From the NCBI GenBank assembly GCA_035084275.1, contig CM068755.1, positions 6,262,001 through 6,326,000 of the forward strand: DNA of 64,000 nt. Direction: 5' to 3'. This stretch comes from Hydrolagus colliei (Eukaryota). Positions 52,125-63,900 of this stretch are shown piece after piece (the first letter of the stretch is position 1; each line of letters begins with the position of its first letter). Below the pieces are notes generated by a model. It was not told the DNA's origin and searched no databases. It saw only the letters and a list, made by a program, of their open reading frames with translations. Made by a program: the position numbers and the translations under genes.

Positions 52125-52380
52125 TTACACTCCATAAACTGGGACCGCCTGTCTGTTATTACTCTCTATACACTGACCGCCTGTCTCTGATCATACTCCA
52201 TACAGTAGGTTTGCCTGTCTCTGTGATAATACCCCATACACTATGAATGCCTGTCTGTGTTATTACACTCTATACACTGACTGCCTGTCTCTGATCATAC
52301 CCATATACTGGGTCTATCTGTCTCTTTAATAATATCACATCCACTGTGAATGCCTGTCTGTGTCATTACACTCTATACAA
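52125..52380. repeat. Degenerate ~35-bp tandem repeat; related array at ~53715-53800
   Basis: Units like cactgaccgcctgtctctgtgatcatactccata, followed by an L2 fragment at ~52390-52560. Confidence 0.7.
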
Positions 52381-54331
52381 TGTCATGACCACAACAACAA
52401 ATTACATTTACCCAGCATCTTTCATGTTGGGAGGACCTCCCAGTGTGTTGGACAGTCAGGGATTTGAACCCAGCAGTGGGTTGGGAACAGGAGTGGTGGA
52501 GGACAAGGAGGATAGAGATAGGAGAGTGACTAAAGGCGTGGTCGAACAGGAATGTCTTGAGTATAGGTATGTACTGTATACAGTATCTCTGTGGGAGTAC
52601 AGACCAGAATTGGTGCTTTTCAGTAAGCGCCAGATATTGGGACATATTGTGCATCCAATTTCAGGAAAACCAACTGGATCCCAACTCACCACAACAAAAC
52701 CAGTCAGTCAATCTGGCACTGAATTTTATCATGTAATTCTGACTATTTCAATCTCTGATTAAATTACTGTTTCTGTGATGCTTCTGTGTGGGAGTGTTGC
52801 TGTGAAATTGAATCTGATTGTAAAACTTACTCAGTGTGTGTGTGAAAGTGATATTGAGATTCCACGGTGACTCCAAAGTTAAACTTGTATGCATTGCCTT
52901 CTAATTGGGACAAATCTTAAAATTGATATACAGTGTATTATTTATTGTGCCTGCTTTGCTGAAAGGAGTCAATTTGTCTCTATGCCATCTTATTCTGTGA
53001 TAATATTTACTATGTTTTAGAGAATTTGTCCCCATGTACTACTGTATTTGGGCACAAATAATTCATCTAAAATTAAACATTAGGTTACATTGCAAATATA
53101 TTTAATTAGGAAATGTTTTAGTAAATTTAGTTAGAACGAGGCATAAGCAAACATCAACACATTCCCTCTGTTCGTGAACGGAACAAGATTAACCCTCATT
53201 GTCACTTCTCTGTGCTGCGCCACTACAGTTTGGACTGCAGTGTAATTGTGGAATCCACACACACTCTCGTCAAAGTAAATACTTTTGATGGGTCAGTCTA
53301 ATATTTGTCTCTGCCAGCTTGTCACTTGAGGCCAGTGCTTGTGATGATATTGATTAGGAACAGAGTAAGGACATTGAACCACTCAAGCCTATTCTGCTAG
53401 TTTATTACATTGTGGCACATCTTTTAATACCATTTCCCTTTTCTCAATTGCCCCAAATCCCCTTACTTCCCCTGCATCTATTGCTACTTAAAACATCTCA
53501 GTTGGTTCAGAGTCTGCGGTGTTTGGAAGCATCTGACATGTGCATCGCACACCCATCCGTGCATGTGTGTCACACATTTTCACTAACCATCTGTGTGAAG
53601 AAGTGCCAGGAAGAGAGCTGGAGAGACTTAACTGAGCTGCAACATGTCTATTGTTCTACTTAACTTCAAGATCACGAAGCCAATACCGATAGTTTAAGAA
53701 ATGGTTTAGTACGTGTGCATGACTCTGTCTGTGTGATCACACTCTACAACACTATGACTGTCCGTCTGTGTGATCACACTGTGCACTGTGACACCTGTCT
53801 GTGGGAGTATTCACCAGAATTAATGCACCAAAGCTTTGCACGTACACATGAATCCGCAAGCACAAAGTTGTTGGGCGGGGGTTAAGAGGCCCTCCACCCT
53901 TCAGATTAATGTTACATTCTTCATATGTTACTGCCAGTTCTTTATTTTAACCATCTGTGTTAGCAAAGCCATCCACCCTTGCTCAATGACTCCAGTCTCT
54001 GTGCTACTGTGAAGCAGGTTGGCAAGACGCACACTTGCCTTACATCTGTTGTTAATTAATCTACCTTTTTGCCGTGGTGACTGTAAATAAGCTGCCCAAT
54101 TTTTTAAAAAAAAGACCCACGTTTATGAGGAGGATCTTACATGCTTGAATTGTGGTGGCAGTGTGCGGTTTGCTAAAATTAGTGAATTATTCTCACGGGA
54201 TTTGACACAGTTATTGTAGGTCAATGTCTCTCGGTCTCATGACTTTGAGCAAAAAAGGATTATTAGCTCATCGAAAACTCTTCCACAGAATTGTAGAAAG
54301 TTGATAAAAAGGCCATTTGGCCCATTGTGTC

Positions 54332-54595
54332 GTGGAGTCCTGTAGCTCAGTGGTTAGAGATCTCGCCTTACAAGTGAAAGACCTGGGTTCAATTCCAGGC
54401 AGGGCGAAATCTTGGGCAAGTTTCCTTACTCCACACTCCTCAACGACTGTTTGTGGAATACTGCTGAGTGCAATTGGCTGCCGCGTTTCACCCATATAAA
54501 CACAGTCAATTCACTTTACTGTATATTCTGTGAAGCGCTTTGCGACGTCTAGAAGATGTGAAAAGCACTATATCAAATGCAAGGATTATTATTAT
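54332..54595 (+). mobile_element. tRNA-derived SINE (internally deleted); a further copy at ~57363-57670
   Basis: Intact A and B boxes, anticodon-arm-like CTCGC-CTTACAA-GTGAA, and an (ATT)n tail. Confidence 0.88.
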
Positions 54596-57500
54596 TCTCC
54601 CAGTGGTGCTCTCAGTCCTATTCCTCCTCCTCCTCAACTCTTTTCCATGATTCCTTTAATACTATTTTTCTAATTTACATTTATCTAATTCTTTTTCAAA
54701 TGGTGTTATACATCAGATATCACTGCTAATGGGTTTTTGATCTGAAATTGATTTGCTATCAAATTTCCCAAGGAAAAGAGAAAAAAGATTGTCGTCCCCC
54801 CCACCCAAATTTAAAAAAGGTTTGGGCCAATAGAAAAGTGAGGCTGCAATTTTTCCCCAGAATCCGCTATAAACAGCGTCTCCGCTATAAACCTGCTAAA
54901 CAATGTAGTTTCCAACCAAGGGCCCCTCGGCTGTTTACCCAATGTCAATGTTGGCGATGCAGCACGTAGGAGCTGTGACAGACCATTGCTAACAACTAGA
55001 GATAGTCCTCAACAATGTGGCAGCGCAGACCTAGGAGGAATGACCCACAACGTTAGCAAAGAGAAAAGTGGCCTGAGGAGAAGCAACCACTGCCTCTCTT
55101 GCCTATTTCAAGACCTGTCTCAAGACCCACCTCTTCAACCATGCCTTCAGTCACCCACCTAACCCTGCCTTCCCCTCCCTCCAGCTCTCCTGATTCCATC
55201 CGCCAGCTCCGCTTGGCAGAGTACTGTAATTTCACCTTGTGGTTGTTTGGTGTATTGCAAGACAATCTGTGTAAAGTTAAGTACAGTACTGTATCTTATC
55301 TATGTCATAAAATTTTGCTGGCAATAATTTAAACTATAATGTAAATTATACCCCAATGTTTCTGGGAATATGATCAGATTGGAAACCCAGTGTCTATTTT
55401 CCAAAGAAAATCCCTGGAAGATTACAGCAGTACATTCATTGACGCTGCCAAAGCCGCTTTGATTACATTTAAAGTGAACTTTCCATTTGCTCAATGACTG
55501 ACTACTTTCATCAACAAACTATTATCGGCATTAAATCAGACAAGCTGTTTTTGCTAAGAACTTCTAGTCCTTTAAAAAAAACTTCCAATCAATCATTTAT
55601 TTTTTACTGTTATCTTTCACTCAAAATACAGATTTGTTTTAATTTTTATATTACCTGAGATGCGTTTTAGGCGGAATTTTATCCTTTAGGAATTTGACCT
55701 TCATAAGTTATTGCCAACTTTTTGTTTTACAAAACGTACTGAATCAGTGGCAGATTCGCACTGGTAACATGCCAATCTGCAATGAGACACATGAGTGGAG
55801 TGTATTTCCATGAAGCACAGACATTAAGTCTGAAGTTCCATCTAGTCTTATCCTGCAAAATCATCGGGTTTTCATATTTAAGATGGTTCAGAATTGTAGA
55901 AAATTCAAAATTAAGTCTTAAAATGGGAGCCACATTTCCACAGCTCTTGAAAAGTACCAGCTTACAACTTAAAACTGAATTTAAGAACTTTCCCCAATTC
56001 TGTGCAATATTAATTTAAAATGACTACATAGGCTATTACTCAGCAGAACGTCAGGCCTATTGGATGTTCCTTGATTTGATTTGAGATTTTTTTTTACAAA
56101 TGTGACCCAGTGTAGTGGAGCTTTATTTAATGTTCATTGGAAAATGTCCACCCCACTTGGTAAAGGAATTAATTCCCTGCTACACATCCGTTCCAAACAA
56201 TGACAGGAGTGTTCTCCAACTTAAAAGTTTGTCTTTGTTGCCACAGGATACAATGTGCTTGGTGTGCTCAGAAGCATCTTACTGCTTTGTATTTAATTCC
56301 TGCTCTGGCTTTACTCTGCCACCCGTTCCAATAACTGTCATCATCATCAATAGCATATGGGTTGCCACATAGACAGTGCTGAACCTGAACCCTCCCTTGT
56401 GTTCTGTGTTGATTTTCATTTTTGTTTAATTTCATTTTTAACAAAAATGTAATGCCCACTTTCAGGTCTCGCCTGAAGACCTTCTTTTTCGACTGTGCCT
56501 ATGGTCACCTCCTCCTCCCCACCCGGCTTGGAGTCTTGCTCCACTGCTGTCAAGCCCTCTGGGACGCTACCCTACGTGAGGGGAGTTAGAACAACAACAG
56601 TTAGATTTGTAAAGCGCCTTTCACAACAGGAGCACATTATATAAATGCAAGTTGTTGTTGGTAATAATTGTGTGAAAAGCATTCTGCTGGTGCAGTCTCC
56701 TCCAGGGATGTCTTGCCTCTCTCTTTGGGCCACTCGTTTTGCTTTAGGTATATCTATGGTAAGGTATTCCAACCTGGGTCCAAATTTACTTGGTTTCTGT
56801 TGCATTTTAGCACATCCAGAATTTGGACAAATTCTTAAATACAGAAACCTTAATTTTAGAGCCTGTTAATTCTCATTTCCTCATAGCAGAATGCAACATT
56901 TTTAATATCACTGCAAACACCTTACATACTAATACCGTCAAAAAACAATTCTGTCCTTTTCAGTTCGATGATTAAGTGGGAGCTGGTGTCACACTAGAAA
57001 TACCACAACAGAAATGGCAGTGATACATCACACCTTTTACAAGTGGCAGATTGCTTTCGATTGAACCGGGGGCTCGTCTGTTCCCTCAAATCCTGCTTTC
57101 ACAGCTAAACTTTGAAAGTAAATTTCAGTGATGTGTCATGTAACCTATGCAATCGTCAAGGTTAGAGATTCCAGCTGCTCCACTGAACTGAGGGCAATAG
57201 AATAACATATGGACGTATGGAACATATACCACACTTGGCAAATTGTTGAATTGATTTTTGACTTTAAAGTCATTTTTTTGTCATTCTTAAAAGAGCTTAT
57301 GGAAAAATAGATTGAAAAGAATTTCTGGACACTCTGAAATTTTTGTGTTAATTGAGTAAGAGAGGAGTGCTGTAGCAGAGTGGTTAGAACATTCGCTGCG
57401 CAAGTGAGCGGACCCTGGTTCGATTCCCGGCAGAGCAAAATCTTAGGCAAGTTTCCTTACTCCACACGCCTCTGGACCTCGCAGGAAATAGGAATCCAGT

Positions 57501-58871
57501 TGTTTGTCAATTGGCGGATCACTTTCCAGCATAATAATCCATGCAAAAAAAAATTGGTCACTCAGTCCATGGCTGTTTGTGGGGCACTGCTGCCACGTTT
57601 TGCCCACAGTTTATTCTATGAAGTACTTCAAGACATATCAAAGACACAATAAGACGGCATATCAAATTCAAGAACAACAAAATTATACTTGTATAGCGCC
57701 TTTCACGTCAAGAGAATATCACACGGCGCTGGACAGTCATTGTTTCAGACCCGAGCTGGGGACAGGGAGGGTGGAGGGAAAGGGGCGGATTTGGGGTGAC
57801 TGATTATTAGAGTAAAACGAAATCCGGGTCGAATTTCTTCCCAGTGGAGTTGGCAATAAATGGTTTCCAGTGTTTATTCTGATCTATCTCTTGCATTTGA
57901 TATACTGTAGCACCTTATCAGAATATATTGTAAAGTGGTTGGATTCTTTTGTGAACTAAATCATTTGCACCTCCTGCAGTAGGAGATTTGTGTGCTGGCT
58001 GGATGGCACAGAACAATCCTTTAACAAGCGCCTGCAGAATAAAAGATAAGGAGCACATTTTAACTTACTGCGATTGTATGTTGGTGGACTTTACTGTGGT
58101 CTGGTAATCTTTCTGAAAAACTGACACATATAGTCAATAGAAGTATGAGATAACAGTTTGTGCCCTTTCATTTGGACTCAGGAATTCTGCTCTGACGGTT
58201 CCTCAGTGTGAGCAAAAACATTCAGAACATCCAAATTCTAAACACTCTCTGAGGATAATTACTTTCCTTGTAGAGCCTTGGATAATCTTCAAATCAGAGC
58301 ATCCGCCTTCCACTCGGAGAGACCTGGGTCATTGATTTGAAAAGCTGCTTTTAAAACAAACGTTGGCAAACTTAGGAAAGTTTGCGGTGCAGAATGGACC
58401 ATTTGTCTGACAAAACTGGCTCCTTTCACAAAGTATGCATTGCAAAAAAACCCTATAGTGGACATCCTCCGCTTTGCTAAGCCTTTGCGAAATATATTTC
58501 CTGGCTCCTTATCCACAATAGTAATTATGTACAGCTCCATTCCCCACTCCACTCATCCACCGTTCAACTCCAGCTCGATATTCTACCCAGACAACATTCC
58601 CTTCCACCCCATCCATGGTTGCATAGAACCATTGTGCTCCAATGTTATTTAGAGAAAATCCAGATCTCATTTCATTTCTGTGCTGTCTACCCTAATTACG
58701 TTGGGATGATTCAAACTCCCCTCTGCTGATAAACACCACTTCATTGCAATCTACAAGGCAAATGTATTGGGTATTCAAAAACGTGAAAGAAAGAAATGCA
58801 AATGACAGATATGAACTCTGACTCCGAGTCTGCATTTTCCAACCTTGTTGGTAAACAACTTTGTGATGGGC

Positions 58872-59158
58872 AATAATAATAATCCTTGTATTTGATATAG
58901 TGCCTTGTCACATCGTTCTGACGGCTCAGAGGATTTCACGGAATGTACTGTAGATTGAATTGACCGTATATTTGTGGGCACTGTTCAATACGTGTGCAAT
59001 TGGCAAAGCCCTTGCGAAATATATTGTGCACAATTGGCTGCCGCGTTTCGGCCACAAATATACAGTCAATTGACTCTACAGTATATTCTGTGAAACGCTT
59101 TGAGACATCGATAAGATGTGAAAAGCACTACATCAAATGCAAAGATTATTTTATTATT
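58872..59158. mobile_element. Closely spaced inverted pair of SINE 3' halves (- ~58872-58980; + ~59025-59158)
   Basis: Mirror-image tails about 1.3 kb upstream of CSPG4-like exon 2. Confidence 0.8.
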
Positions 59159-60412
59159 AATACTGGGTGGATCTTGGTTTGAAAGCTCGCATTTTATCCC
59201 TTGAGAATAAGGTTACTAAATGGACTATTTAAGGTGGAAAACATTTCTTATTTTGTGCCTCGTAACAGGAGGGTAGGAGTGGGTGGGGCAGAGGAAAGAG
59301 TCTTGTACTGACAGACCTCCATTGGAATCTTGGAAGCTTCACTCTGTGGTTTGCTTGGGCAAGGTCATCAACATTAGCAGGGGAAGTCCTGCAGGTGGTT
59401 GAGAGGATAAATGCAAACTGCATCCATCAAGGGAATCTGTATCCCAACATAACGGACGTAAGCAACTGTGAGATGGAGCCAAATAGGAACTGGTACCTCG
59501 CAAGAAGACAGTGCCAAAGAGGATGGTGTTAGAGGAAATGGTGTTATTTTGTTGATCTCAGTGGCAGTGTAATGGTCAGAATCAGAGTAAGGTACAAATT
59601 CGAGGAAGCTGCATTTCCTTCCACTGGAGCTCCAGAAAGGTCAAACGCCAACTTTGTATCTGAGAAAGCCCCTGTGTTTGAGAAGGACACTATTCGTGGG
59701 CCTTTCTTTGATGTGCACTGCTTGTGAAAGACTGCATGTCCTCTGAAGTTATTCAGTGTTGCTGCTGCAGCTGGAGGCATGGCTCTGTTTGGTGAATCAT
59801 AATGACTGGCTGTTAAACCTGGAGCCACTGAGGCAAGCAGGGGCCAGAGTGTACCCTCTACTCAAGTGAGGCTTTGTGATATTGAATGTGTTTTAATGGC
59901 ACTGCAACCCAACAACCTTCCAGACATTCTGTCAGGAACAAAAATTTCAGGGAAAACTGGAGTTACTGAGGAAATGGTGAGTCATTTTATTGAGCCATCA
60001 TAAAACAGCACTTGTACTCTTTCAGTGTTTAGCTGCTCTACATGAAGCGATGAATTACAGACTGTAGCCAAATCATTGAGATTTTTTCCATGATGAAGAA
60101 TGGGGTCTTTTTAGCAACTTAGATTACAGATATTTTGGAGAAAGTACAGGCGCAAAAGTGCACACACACACTCATTCAATCTTTCCCTCTGCAAACCCTC
60201 CTCCAACAGAATCTCATTATATATTCTCCCCCCTCCCCACTACCCCCACATGTATTCAGAACAGAGCTGTTACTAACTTGTTCATCCCACACTACCTTTT
60301 TAGGTGAAACATTCTTTCAGGGTTACTCAAATACTCTATTGATGTTTTATTTAGTGATGTGTTCTTTCTCCTGTCTTGTGCAGACTTATTACTTAGCCCT
60401 TGTTTTTTGCAG

Positions 60413-60576
60413 TGTCCTTCTTTGGAGACAGCTATGTGGAGGTGAAGAAGGTCGGCATTTTCACTTCATTCAGTCTCTCCATGAAGTTCCTGACCCTTAG
60501 GCGCAATGGATTTCTCTTTTTGGCCAAAGGACATTCTGACTACCTGCTGGCAGAGTTGTACTCTGGAGTGTTACAG
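60413..60576 (+). CDS. CSPG4: CSPG4-like exon 2 (start of laminin-G domain 1: VSFFGDSYVEV...DYLLAELYSGVLQ)
   Basis: tgttttttgcAG acceptor and CAG|GTAAAG donor; 164 bp, phase 1 to 0; aligns to CSPG4 ASFFGENHLEV...DHLLLQLYSGRLQ. Confidence 0.92.
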
Positions 60577-60951
60577 GTAAAGAACCGAGTGAAAGTACAT
60601 GTTGAACTTGGCACCAGTCATGAGTTATGTCAAGGACCAGGTATGCGAAAGGCCGGACTAACTATGAGAGTATAGAGGAGATTTCATATGGAACAAGACA
60701 AAGACCATTTGAGCCATCATACTCATATTTTTCACAGAGTATTCACAATAAAGTGAGAAAAAGTACTGTGCCCAGTGATATTGGAATGCAGAATAATATT
60801 GGGAGTTCCTCCACTCTCCTGATTATTACTCTACGCTCCCACACGTTACAAGATACAAGACTCAGGAATATTTACCGCAAGAGAATAATGCACCTGTAGT
60901 CCTATTGTCATTGCTCACCATCGTGATTAAAAGTCAAATATTGTTTTTCAG

Positions 60952-63900
60952 GTGAAATTAAAACTGGGATCTGAAGAAGCGGTAATTCATTCTCAGTCTG
61001 GCCTGAAGCTTAACAACCTTTTGTGGCACGATGTTCTTCTTGTGCATGACAATGGGATCCTGACCTTAACTGTAGATGAACTCTTCACAACTTCCATGAA
61101 GGTGCCTGGTCACCTGAATGAACTGAATGTGGACCATGGCCTGTACGTGGGGGGACCTGGGAAGTGGAGAAACCCTGACTTAATAGGCACATCCCCTCCC
61201 TTCAGAGGTTGCATTTCTAAAGCTGTCTTCAATGACAATGACATCTTAAGGCCACTCATATCACAACCCCAATATAAAACTCTGCATGAGGTAGAACATG
61301 GATGTAGCCTGGTATTAACTGCGGGAAATGATGACCCCATCAGCTTTTTGGGACCAAATTCCTATGTCTCTTTTCCAAGATGGAATGCAAAAGAGGAAGG
61401 GATAGTCCAGTGTTCGTTGAAGACTGCTGTCCTGGAAGCCCCTTTACTGTACCATTTAGGGCAAGGAAATGATTTTATTGCTCTTGAGATTACGCAAGGG
61501 CATTTACGTGTCATGCTTAACAAGGGGAGTGGAATTTATGTACTCAAAAATGCACGTTTTATCAGTGACGGCAAGTGGCACACTGTTACACTTTCAGTTC
61601 ATATGAACCAGGTTGAACTCATCATAGATGGCGAAAGGGCTCAAGAGATTTTCCAAAGTGAAGATGAGGACAACTACCTAGATCTTGAAGGGCATCTGTT
61701 TGTTGGAGGAATAGATAAAAAAGTTCTAGCTGAAATAAGGAAACGGGACCTCTTCGCCGTGCTGGGAGAGCAAACAGTATCTGGCTCCTTTGTTGGTTGC
61801 ATTCAGGACTTAAAGGTGAACTCAGTCAAGAAGAGTTTGCCAGATGCAATACTCACGAAGGGCATTAATACGGAGTGTGAAGATGAGGAAAGTATGGCCA
61901 ACGGGCAATCTAAGGACCCAGTAACGCCATCTGCAAGACGCGTGCGGGTTCCGACTGCCAGCCCTACATTTGCACCGTGTTTGCTGAGCAAGAACATGCC
62001 TGAAGCCTTCAACAATTTTACTAGGTTGTTATCTCTGAGACCATTGCTTGTAAAGGAAGGAGGGCTTGTTGTTTTGAAACTTGATCATGTCCGCCCAACT
62101 CTTGATTTGAGCAGCATTGGAGTAAGACCTTCCCAAGTACTTTTCAAGGTGACTGAGGATGGAATACATGGACAGCTGGAAGTGAATATTCCAGGTGCAA
62201 AAAGTAGGAAGGCATTTACCTTGTTGGATCTGATCAACCATCATATAACCTACCGCCACGATGGGTCTGAAGGGCCACTCGATTGGTTAACATTTGACGT
62301 ATCTGTTTACAGTAAAAAAGAGATTCCTGACTGTTTAAAACATGGTCAACGGTATATTTTTACCATCAACATCATCCCAGTCAATGACCCACCAGAACTC
62401 ATCTTCCCAAATGGGAATCTTATGATGATCCTTGAAAATACATGGAAAGCCCTCGGTCCTGATGTAGTCCAGGCTATAGACGTGGATACCAATTGTGCTG
62501 AGTTGAGAATTATGGTAGTTAGAGGATCAGGTTTGGGTTATGTTCACAGTGTGAAGAATCCTGAGCAGATGATTGGAGAATTTTCATGTCAGGATCTTGA
62601 AGCAGGAGATATTCGCTATGTCCACAAAGGCAATGAGGATTCCCAGTTAACGATGCAAGTCAGTGATGGAGACAGAGTGAGCGCTGCCTCTCTGTTAAGG
62701 ATAACAGTCGTGGAGCCTGAACTTCAAGTGGGCAACAACACCGGTTTAATCCTGTCACAAGGCGGCACCAGCTATATCACCATTAGCAACCTGTCTGTGG
62801 AAACAAATGTAGTGGAGCAGAGAGTGGACATTTGGTACAATATTACTGACGCATTATACTACGGTGAGGTTCAGAAACAGGATACAGATGGGGAGTGGAA
62901 ACCAGTGAATTTCTTCCAGCAGCAAGACCTAGAGTTAGGACACCTTCGCTATTTCAGCACCGATCCTGAATCCCGTAAAATAGACATGACCGAGCAACTT
63001 CACTTTGCTGCCCGAGTTGGACAGAAGCTCCTCGAGAATAATATCTTTCTGATAAAAATAAAGCCAGCCAAGATAACACTGGTTACAATGGCTCCCAATG
63101 AACTGATGAATATAAGACGGGGGACGATCACACAGAATGCATTAGAGGCTGCGGTGGAGGGCGAAACGGTTCACGCTGACCAATTGCGCTATGTTATTCT
63201 AAAATCTCCTGTAAATGGGAAGCTCCTGGTAGCAAATGAGAAGCTCAAAGTAGGTTCTACATTCACTCAGGAGGATTTGAAGCAAATTGGTCTCGCTTAT
63301 ATAGCAACGATTAGGAATGCTGAAGAGACTGAAGATAGCTTCCAGTTTCAAGTCTTTTTCGAGAGCCAACATTCCCCAGTGTACACCTATCCAATTTTGA
63401 TTGCCATTGACCCAGAACTACCGGTTTTGGTGATTAATGATTTGGTTGTGATGGAAGGTGGCACACAGTCCATCACCAAGAATGAGCTCTTTGTGAAAAG
63501 CGAGTCTAGTATTGCGTTTGTGTACAATCTTACACATGGACCTGAACATGGGAAACTGATCACACAGTCAAACAATGAGGGACCCATCACAACTTTTAAC
63601 AATGAAGATATTCTCCAAGAGAGATTGTGGTACAAGCATGATGACTCCGAAAGTGTAGAGGACGAGTTTGGCTTTGTTGTTCTGAAACCATTTGAGGGAG
63701 AGGCCGACTTTGAGACCAACCTGGTCCATGGTATCATGAGAATCTCCATCCAGCCCCAAAACGATCAGCCACCAGTGCGAGTGGTCGACAAGATCTTTAA
63801 CATCGCCATCAATGGGCAGCGGTTGTTAACCACAGGGCAGCTGCGTTTCCATGACGCCGATTCCGATTTTGACGATTCCCAGTTGATCTATACGAAGTGG

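Noticed and set aside
54332-54410. tRNA-like cloverleafs (also at ~3170-3249, 14147, 17590-17665, 35685-35765, 42260-42340, 43228 and 57363)
   Set aside because: These are SINE heads: each continues into the same SINE body and the anticodon varies between copies, so they are not tRNA genes.
59544-59828. 94-aa antisense ORF near CSPG4-like exon 2
   Set aside because: No recognisable domain or splice context; length is within random expectation.
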